Positions 27,607-34,851 of a DNA stretch of 64,000 nucleotides are shown here, piece by piece. Made by a program: the position numbers and the translations under genes. Source of the stretch: Salinivirgaceae bacterium (GTDB lineage: Bacteria > Bacteroidota > Bacteroidia > Bacteroidales > SZUA-534); the NCBI GenBank assembly GCA_041664345.1, contig JBAYKX010000001.1, forward strand, positions 138,628 through 202,627, in the 5' to 3' direction. Under the pieces are notes generated by a model, which did not search any database, was not told the DNA's origin, and was given only the letters and a program-made list of their open reading frames with translations. Within the stretch, counting starts at the first letter, position 1, and every line of letters starts with the position of its first letter.

Positions 27607-29022
27607 TTATATAATTCTGAAATAATCGACCAACGTACAACGCCGTTCCCTACTGAAAGTGCGGGCACGGGTAACTCCTTCGCCTGTTGGGCTCGCAATG
27701 GTAAAAGATGCAAAACCCGCGCCACCAAAACCCAATCCGGCATAGCTGGGTCCGTTTTTAATAAAAATGGAGCAGTTCATCCTTTTGGCCATTTTACTCA
27801 ATTTAGCAATATTTAACGAATGCATAATGGCGGTATGCCGGAATCCATGTTCACAAGCTACCGCAAGATCGATGGCCGCATCCACATCCGATATGCGGAC
27901 AATGGGCATTACAGGCATGAGCTGCTCAGTCCAGACTAAAGGGTGTTCTCTTCCCACTTCGCAAATCAACAATCGTGTGGAAGCAGGAACCGTTATTCCA
28001 ATTTCTTGGGCAATAAAGTCAGCATTTTTCCCCACATATTTTTTGTTTGCAGCTCCTTCGTGTCCAGGTCGTCCAGCATCTGAAATTATCAGTTCCGTAA
28101 TCTTTTTTATTTGATCTCCGTTTAGTTCAAAGGCTCCGTTCTTCTTCATCTCCTCCTTTAATCTATCGGCCACTGATGCAACTACCAACACTTCTTTTTC
28201 GCAAATGCAAATTACATTGTTATCGAAACTTGCGCCATCAACTATGTCTTTACCGGCTTTTGCAATATCCGCTGTTTCATCAACAACCACCGGAGGATTC
28301 CCCGGTCCTGCTGCAATCACTTTTTTTCCGCTGTTCATGGCAACATTCACATCCGCCGGTCCGCCTGTTACTACAAGAATAGCAATTTTCTTGTGAGCCA
28401 TCAATTCTTTTGCCGATTCAATGGTTGGTTCATCAATGCAAGTCAATAAGTTTTCAGGCCCACCAACTTCTATGATTGCTTCATTTAACAGTTTAACCAA
28501 AAAGCAGGAAACTTTTTTAGCAGAAGGATGCGGATTAAAAACAACCGCATTACCGGCAGCTATCATACCTATGGAATTGCTAATAATGGTAGCTGTTGGA
28601 TTCGTGCTGGGTGTTATGGAACCAATGACACCATAGGGTGCATTTTCGACCAAAGTGAACCCATGGTCGTCTGAAAAAGCTTCAGGAACAATATCTTCGG
28701 CCCCCGGTGTTTTATTAATAGCCAATTCATTTTTGAGCATTTTATCTTGCCAACGCCCCATTCCGGTTTCTTCACTGGCCATTTTTGATAAAAGTTCATT
28801 GTTTGTCAATGAAACTTTTCTCATGTTTGCAATAATCTCCTTGCGTGTTTCAAGGCTTAGCTGAACAAACTCCTTATAAGCTAAATCGGAAGCATTAACC
28901 GCACTATCTAAATTCGAAAATATTCCTGCTCTCCCGCTCCCGGTCTCTTTTACAGGATTTAAATTCATGCCATTGAGGACCTCTTCAACTAGCTGGCGTA
29001 TATTTTGTTCTAAATTATCCAA
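27607..29022 (-). CDS. Acylating (CoA-dependent) aldehyde dehydrogenase, EutE/PduP-like
   Basis: 471 aa. The catalytic-Cys context is FDNNVICICEKEVLVV, with GGPA..V and GPGNPP also present. The N-terminus is an amphipathic helix, LEQNIRQLVEEVLNGM. Confidence 0.9.
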   Translation of the reverse strand: MDNLEQNIRQLVEEVLNGMNLNPVKETGSGRAGIFSNLDSAVNASDLAYKEFVQLSLETRKEIIANMRKVSLTNNELLSKMASEETGMGRWQDKMLKNELAINKTPGAEDIVPEAFSDDHGFTLVENAPYGVIGSITPSTNPTATIISNSIGMIAAGNAVVFNPHPSAKKVSCFLVKLLNEAIIEVGGPENLLTCIDEPTIESAKELMAHKKIAILVVTGGPADVNVAMNSGKKVIAAGPGNPPVVVDETADIAKAGKDIVDGASFDNNVICICEKEVLVVASVADRLKEEMKKNGAFELNGDQIKKITELIISDAGRPGHEGAANKKYVGKNADFIAQEIGITVPASTRLLICEVGREHPLVWTEQLMPVMPIVRISDVDAAIDLAVACEHGFRHTAIMHSLNIAKLSKMAKRMNCSIFIKNGPSYAGLGFGGAGFASFTIASPTGEGVTRARTFSRERRCTLVDYFRII

Positions 29023-29037
29023 TGGGTTTTCCTCCTA

Positions 29038-29589
29038 TTACATAAAAAATGGTTTTGTTTCTTTATGAGGCTGTGGAATAATGGTATCCATGCACCACAA
29101 ATTTTTTTCTTTGGCTACAGCAGTCCCTGCTTCCATGGCTGTTTCAATCGCATCGAGGCTTCCTATCATCTTTACATACGATTTTCCACCAAATCCCACG
29201 GCAAGCCTGATTTCAATAATAGTAACCCCACCCCTTTTTGCTGCTTTATCGGCCGCCTCAATACTTGAAACCACTGACAACGTTTCTGTTATTCCAATGG
29301 AATCCCAAATATCTGTTTTAATAATTTTACCAATGGCTGGAACTACAGAAGGATGTATCATGGGAAGGAATAAGGAGTCAACAATCCGGTCTTTTCCAAT
29401 TTCAAATCCTTTGTGGAATGAATACTCCACCGATGCCACATCACCAGTAAAAACAATTAGATATTTTCCGGGACATATAGTTTTGGCTTCAATAATTTCA
29501 ATGGGTGCCAATTTTACCATTTCGTCGAGGGCTTTCATCCCCAGTGCCATGCTACTAAACTCCAATACACCTAAAACGGTCAATTCCAT
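29038..29589 (-). CDS. PduT-like tandem-domain BMC-T shell protein
   Basis: 183 aa with two BMC domains: LGVLEFSSMALGMKALDEMVK.. and IGITETLSVVSSIEAADKAAK... KTICPGKYLIVFTGDV matches the PduT Fe-S Cys context. Confidence 0.85.
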   Translation of the reverse strand: MELTVLGVLEFSSMALGMKALDEMVKLAPIEIIEAKTICPGKYLIVFTGDVASVEYSFHKGFEIGKDRIVDSLFLPMIHPSVVPAIGKIIKTDIWDSIGITETLSVVSSIEAADKAAKRGGVTIIEIRLAVGFGGKSYVKMIGSLDAIETAMEAGTAVAKEKNLWCMDTIIPQPHKETKPFFM

Positions 29590-29596
29590 GTCGTGG

Positions 29597-29884
29597 TTAT
29601 TTCTTGTACACTATGGTCTCATTATCATCTATCAGGTCAATAATGCCCACAATTAAAGCATCAACTGGCTTATTTACAGTACCGGGAGTTTCTCTGGCCG
29701 AAGTGCTTTCAGAAACAAAAACCAGTTCATCGTAACCCGCACCAACAATATCGAGAGCTACTAAATAGTCGCCTTTTTTATCGCCACGTTGATTTGTCTT
29801 TTCCACCAACAAATACCTAGCACCTTGAATGTTTATGCTATTTGAGCTACTAACCACTGTTCCAACAACTCTACCTATCACCAT
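29597..29884 (-). CDS. BMC-P pentameric vertex protein (EutN/CcmL family), copy 2
   Basis: MVIGRVVGTVVSS..YLLVEK..ALDIVGAGYDELVFV..STSAR..LIVGIIDLI. Confidence 0.88.
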   Translation of the reverse strand: MVIGRVVGTVVSSSNSINIQGARYLLVEKTNQRGDKKGDYLVALDIVGAGYDELVFVSESTSARETPGTVNKPVDALIVGIIDLIDDNETIVYKK

Positions 29885-29897
29885 ACATGTTCAACTA

Positions 29898-30191
29898 TTA
29901 GTTCTTTTGGTATGTAAAACTGCCATCTTTTTCAATAAAATCAACAATTGCAATCACAGCCGAATCGGTAGGTTTTCCATCGGTTGCTTCGGTAAACCGC
30001 GCACTGCTGCCCGATACATAAAACACAATTTCCCCAACACCCGCTCCAACACTGTCCATAGAAACAACAAAATCGTTTTTCCCTTGTAAGGTTACCGGAT
30101 CTATTTTCTCTAGCAGAAGGAGTTTGATTCCCTCAATTTTTTGTGCTTTTTGGCTCGAAACAACGGTACCAACAACTCTTGCTAAAATCAT
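29898..30191 (-). CDS. BMC-P pentameric vertex protein (EutN/CcmL family), copy 1
   Basis: MILARVVGTVVSSQKA..KLLLLEK..SMDSVGAGVGEIVFY..GSSAR..AVIAIVDFI. Confidence 0.88.
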   Translation of the reverse strand: MILARVVGTVVSSQKAQKIEGIKLLLLEKIDPVTLQGKNDFVVSMDSVGAGVGEIVFYVSGSSARFTEATDGKPTDSAVIAIVDFIEKDGSFTYQKN

Positions 30192-30311
30192 AATTTAATT
30201 TTTATTCTGGATAAGGAAATGCTTTTTTGAGTTTGATATAGAGGAGAAAAGACTAATTCTGTTTTAATAAACACCAGAATCGATTTTTAAATTTATCCTT
30301 ATTTCACTTTT

Positions 30312-30602
30312 CTACTTCCTACCTAAAGGCAAAGCACTATCCACATTGTTATGCGGACGTGGGATTACATGCGATGATACAATTTCGCCCACTCTTTCAG
30401 CGGCTTTAATACCGGCATCAACAGCAGCTCTTACGGAGGCCACATCACCCCGAACAATAGCCGTTACATAACCACCGCCAATTTTTTCATAACCCACCAA
30501 TTCTACTTTTGCGGCTTTAAGCATTGCATCCGAAGCTTCTACCAAAGCGGTAAAACCTCTTGTCTCAATCATTCCTAAAGCATCCGTTTTTATTTCTGAC
30601 AT
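30312..30602 (-). CDS. BMC-H hexameric shell protein (Pfam00936 type), paralog 2
   Basis: [74 protein letters not shown]. Confidence 0.93.
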   Translation of the reverse strand: MSEIKTDALGMIETRGFTALVEASDAMLKAAKVELVGYEKIGGGYVTAIVRGDVASVRAAVDAGIKAAERVGEIVSSHVIPRPHNNVDSALPLGRK

Positions 30603-30636
30603 TCTATGATTCTCCTATTTTAATTAGTTATTTCTT

Positions 30637-31257
30637 TTAATATTCTTCTCTTCCGGTAATTTCAGCCAAGCGTTTTTCAACCGTCTTTTTACATTCTAAA
30701 ACTTCTGCTTCGGAACCTCCAATATAAACCCTGCCAAATTTACCGAAACCAATTACCTCAATAATGTTAATGCGCGCCGATTTTTCGGCTTCGTTTGCCG
30801 CATAATAAGCATATCCAGCAGGCTCCACTTCAAGAATGAATAAGGTGTCGCCCCGTAAAAGCATCGATCCATGACGAGTCCTGTTTATCAATTGAGCATG
30901 ATGATCCTCAATGTTTTTGATTAATTGGCTTGTCAAAATCCTGGGTTTAATTCTTTGATTCTCCGTTTGATCAATTGCTTTTAACACAGCTTCTCCGGCC
31001 ATGCGGGTGTCGCCTTGGCTGCTTGAATGTACTTCGAGCATTCCATAAGCCCTTTCTACTATTTGCATTCCAGGAGTAACGTTAGTAGCTTTTAAGGCCA
31101 CATCGGTCAATGTATTAATTTCAATACCCGGCGCAATCTCAATAATGCAACATGTTTGACCCCCAACAGGTAAATATCCACGGGAAACCGTTGATAAATA
31201 GGAGGCCATTTGCAACTGCAATGAATCTAAAAAAATATAAGTTCTTAAATCTACCAT
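30637..31257 (-). CDS. Tandem-domain BMC-T shell protein of the CcmP/CsoS1D-like (double-stacking) class
   Basis: 206 aa. LRTYIFLDSLQLQMASYLSTVSRGYLPVGGQ..IEIAPGIEINTLTDVALKAT..VERAYGMLEVHS.. then LFILEVEPAGYAYYAANEAEKSA..FGRVYIGGSEAEV. It closely resembles my recollection of the Haliangium BMC-T2/T3 sequences. Confidence 0.7.
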   Translation of the reverse strand: MVDLRTYIFLDSLQLQMASYLSTVSRGYLPVGGQTCCIIEIAPGIEINTLTDVALKATNVTPGMQIVERAYGMLEVHSSSQGDTRMAGEAVLKAIDQTENQRIKPRILTSQLIKNIEDHHAQLINRTRHGSMLLRGDTLFILEVEPAGYAYYAANEAEKSARINIIEVIGFGKFGRVYIGGSEAEVLECKKTVEKRLAEITGREEY

Positions 31258-31259
31258 GA

Positions 31260-31568
31260 CTATTTTCCTTTCTTAGTTATTTTCGCACCTAATGGCAGGG
31301 CGCTATCAACATTTTCATGAGGCCTTGGGATTACATGAGTAGATACTATTTCACCCACTTTTTCACCCGCCTTAACACCAGCATCAACAGCAGCTCGCAC
31401 GGAGGCTACATCGCCACGCACAATGGCTGTAACATAGCCGCCACCAATCTTTTCATACCCAATTAGTTCAACTCTAGATGCTTTTACCATAGCATCGGCA
31501 GCTTCAACCATAGCTACAAAACCCCGGGTTTCTATCATTCCCAAAGCTTTCATTTCAATATCTTCCAT
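31260..31568 (-). CDS. BMC-H hexameric shell protein, paralog 1 (first gene of the operon)
   Basis: [76 protein letters not shown]. The start may be the ATG at 31553. It is highly similar to paralog 2, by eye roughly four-fifths or more of protein positions. Confidence 0.93.
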   Translation of the reverse strand: MEDIEMKALGMIETRGFVAMVEAADAMVKASRVELIGYEKIGGGYVTAIVRGDVASVRAAVDAGVKAGEKVGEIVSTHVIPRPHENVDSALPLGAKITKKGK

Positions 31569-32277
31569 AAAAATTCTCCTTTTATAAAAATTTGTAAATA
31601 CGTTACTATGTCCTTAATGAGAGCGTTTAAAAAGCTAGTGTAAAATTAGAAACTATTTTGAATAAACAATATACCCTTTTTTATGAACGTAATGACTCCT
31701 AAATGTTTAGCTAATTAAACACGTTAAAACTAAGCCAATAGTACCCATTACCTTAAAAATCCAAATTAATACAAACTCCTTACTTGCAATATCCCTCTAT
31801 TGAGGGTTCATCAATTATTAAAATGTAAACAAAATTAAGTATTATATTTGGATTACAATACTGAATTCTATCTTAATATTAGTCTTTTTCACTATTTTTA
31901 ACATCTATTAAAAAACTACCGGATTGAGATTCGCCTTTTTTAAAGTATTTTTTAAAATATTATAGTTAGATTTATTTCCCTTCTAAAAAACACATCACCA
32001 ATAACATAAATCCAAAACCAGTATGAATGAAGCTGTCATTCGTTTTAGGTTCGACCATGAATTTACTGGACATTTTACTATCACAAATTAATAACAGAAA
32101 AGTGGTGCACTAAACTAATTGAATCAAATGTAAGGACAATTTTGATACGATCCGTAATTACGAAAGATTGACGGGCTGTAATAGCAATAAAGCCATTTTT
32201 ATTAACTATTAACCAAAGTAACATTTCAACAAACAATCACTTGCTGAAAAACCACTATTATTTTAAAGGGATTTTGC

Positions 32278-32285
32278 TAATTTTG
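32278..32285 (+). promoter_or_regulatory. Candidate Bacteroidota -7 promoter box (TAnnTTTG) for tyrS
   Basis: taattttg lies 32 nt upstream of the tyrS ATG. This rests on a motif match only. Confidence 0.35.
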
Positions 32286-32316
32286 CCATCCTGAAAACGA
32301 ATAAAATACTCACAAT

Positions 32317-33608
32317 ATGATTTTTACAGAAGAACTGAAATGGCGGGGAATGTTGCACGATGTGATGCCCGGAACCGATGAGCAATTGGCTAAGGAAATG
32401 ACATTGGCTTATGTAGGATTTGATCCAACGGCTGATTCGTTGCATATTGGAAGTCTTGCTCCAATCATTTTATTGAAAAGGTTTCAATTAGCTGGCCATA
32501 AACCCATTGCTTTGGTGGGCGGAGCTACCGGTATGATTGGCGACCCATCGGGAAAATCGCAGGAACGGAACCTCCTGAATGAAGAAACGCTGCAAAAAAA
32601 TCTGGATGGTATAAAAAACCAATTGAGTAAGTTCATCGATTTTGAATCGGATGCTCCCAATAAAGCCTTGATGGTGAATAATTACGACTGGATGAAGGAA
32701 CAAACCTTTCTATCGTTTATCCGCGATATTGGCAAGCATATTACCGTAAATTATATGATGGCCAAAGATTCGGTTAAAAAACGGTTGAGTTCCGATTCCA
32801 ACAGCGGCATGTCGTTTACTGAATTTACTTACCAGTTGGTGCAAGGATACGATTTTTACTGGCTTTACGCGAATATGGGCTGCAAACTCCAAATGGGCGG
32901 CAGCGACCAATGGGGAAACATTACCACGGGAACCGAACTTATCCGCCGTAAAACAGGTGGTGAGGCGTTTGCCTTAACCATTCCGCTCATTACCAAATCG
33001 GATGGCGGAAAATTCGGAAAAACCGAATCGGGCAATGTTTGGCTCGACCCCGATAAAACATCACCGTACAGTTTTTATCAGTTTTGGCTCAACACCAGCG
33101 ACGAAGACGCTGAAAAATTCATTAAAATTTTCACCTTTCTGATAAACCGACTATTGATAGCATGATTGCCAAACACCGTGAAGCACCGCATTTGCGTGAA
33201 TTGCAGCGCACACTGGCACATGAAGTAACCGTAATGGTTCATTCACAAGCCGATTACGATTCTGCTGTGGAAGCTTCGGAAATCCTTTTTGGGAAAGCTA
33301 CCAGCGAAGCCCTTGCAAAAATTGACGAGCGGACTTTTTTAGCGGTTTTCGAAGGAGTTCCGACGTTCGACATCAATAAAAGCGATCTGACAAACGGTGT
33401 TTCCATTGTTGACCTGCTGACCGATTTAGCACCCGTTTTCCCTTCGAAAGGGGAACTGCGCCGGCTATTGAGCGGTGGAGGGGTCAGCATCAATAAAGAT
33501 AAAATTGAAAGTGCCGACTTGAAAGTTACCTCCGAAATGTTGATTAACGGCAAATACCTGCTCATTCAAAAAGGTAAAAAGAATTACTTTTTGATAACGG
33601 CAAAATAG
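32317..33608 (+). pseudogene. tyrS: Tyrosine--tRNA ligase, reading frame broken by an apparent 1-nt deletion near 33141 (possibly a sequencing error)
   Basis: HIGS (HIGH) and KFGKT (KMSKS) motifs lie in ORF 32317-33165. The C-terminal S4-like domain is in ORF 33162-33608. Frame 0 is open from 33126 and reads [22 protein letters not shown] directly after ..KIFTFL once one base is restored (ctgGataaa). Confidence 0.85.
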
Positions 33609-33659
33609 AGTCGAATTCTATATATGGGTTATTATTGAACAAGAAGTTGAGAAACTCGC

Positions 33660-33850
33660 TTCAATTAAGAATAAATCACCCTTTTAGTCCCCTCAAGGGG
33701 ACACTGTGCGCTGTAGTCGGGATTTGTGCCATGTTTTTTAAACCGCAACGAAAGTTTTATTAATTGACTCTAATCCTCACTACAGAGGCTGTCCTTCCGC
33801 CGCAGCGGAGAGGTTAGGCGGGTGAATGAATTTTTCCGTGAATTAGCAAA
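33660..33850. repeat. GC-rich palindrome patch downstream of tyrS
   Basis: Contains gtcccctcaaggggac (33687-33702), ccgccgcagcgg (33797-33808) and further short GC stems embedded in AT-rich DNA. Confidence 0.6.
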
Positions 33851-34012
33851 GCGATCTCGCCACAGGCAATATGTGGCATTTAAAACAATTAATAAACTAA
33901 TTTCTAAGTCTCAATAGTTTCTATTTTTCACTAAATTTGCAGTTCAGAAAGTATAAAACTAGCATCATGCAATGAATTATTGTGAAACCATAAAATAAAA
34001 TTGAAAAGTAAT

Positions 34013-34144
34013 ATGTCAATTTCGGAATCTAAAAAAAGAAAGCACAAATTGCTTTCAGAGATTGAATCCGGTTTAAAAGAAGTAAAACTTATGCAGGAAG
34101 GTAAAATAAAGAAAAAGAGCCTAAAGGAAATTTTTAATTCATAG
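34013..34144 (+). CDS. Possible small ORF (43 aa)
   Basis: MSISESKKRKHKLLSEIESGLKEVKLMQEGKIKKKSLKEIFNS. It is below the track cut-off, and its lysine-rich helical character is reminiscent of small antitoxin-like proteins. No partner gene is present. Confidence 0.25.
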   Translation: MSISESKKRKHKLLSEIESGLKEVKLMQEGKIKKKSLKEIFNS

Positions 34145-34204
34145 TAAAACAGATTTTAAGTATTCCAATCCACACCACCCCAGATGTGGTTTTTTTTTAC
34201 CAAT

Positions 34205-34837
34205 ATGGCATCAACTTATTATATCGATACTTTTATAAACTCTTTGAAGGAGAAGTTTCCGAAGGAACATTCCATTCCATTGGCCCATCAATTAATGATG
34301 CCACAAGGCCGCATAATGGTTCCCGACCATTCAAATCCACCACTTAAAAGCGCCGTGTTGCTGTTATTGTTCCCAAAACAGGGCCAATTGTATTTTCCCA
34401 TCATCCGCCGCCCGGTTTATGATGGAATGCACAGCGGCCAAATGGCGCTGCCCGGCGGAAAGCAAGAAGAAATAGATGTAACACTGGAACAAACTGCTGT
34501 GCGCGAGGCTTGCGAAGAAATTGGCATTTGTAGCTCCGATATCCGTATATTAGGTCATTTAACCGAGCTTTACATAGCGGTTACCAATATTCATGTGCTT
34601 CCGGTAGTTGCCTTAGCAATCCAGGAACCTTCGTTTGTTTTAGATGCCCGTGAAGTAGATGAATTGTTTAGTATTCCCCTAACCGATTTGCTAAACCCGG
34701 AACTGAAAAAAAAGGAACTATGGGACTTGCGCGGGCAACAAGTGGAGGTGCCTTTTTACCTTTTGGCCAACCATAAAGTTTGGGGTGCCACTGCCATGAT
34801 TCTGAGTGAGTTTGAAAGTATTGCAAAAGGTTTATAG
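34205..34837 (+). CDS. NUDIX hydrolase (CoA pyrophosphatase-like)
   Basis: Nudix box GGKQEEIDVTLEQTAVREACEEIGI, with LLLLFP..RRP..HSGQMALPGG upstream. I prefer the ATG at 34205 (MASTYY..). Confidence 0.8.
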   Translation: MASTYYIDTFINSLKEKFPKEHSIPLAHQLMMPQGRIMVPDHSNPPLKSAVLLLLFPKQGQLYFPIIRRPVYDGMHSGQMALPGGKQEEIDVTLEQTAVREACEEIGICSSDIRILGHLTELYIAVTNIHVLPVVALAIQEPSFVLDAREVDELFSIPLTDLLNPELKKKELWDLRGQQVEVPFYLLANHKVWGATAMILSEFESIAKGL

Positions 34838-34851
34838 TAATTGGCAAATAA

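Noticed and set aside
29081-29656. 191-aa + strand ORF, with similar ones at 27767-28114, 28176-28864 and 29829-30089, inside the BMC operon
   Set aside because: They are antisense shadows of well-supported minus-strand genes, with low-complexity, Ser/Pro/Ile-rich composition and no motifs.
32020-32100. aggttcgacc T-loop-like motif as a possible tRNA
   Set aside because: I could not find an acceptor stem, an anticodon arm or complementary flanks around it.
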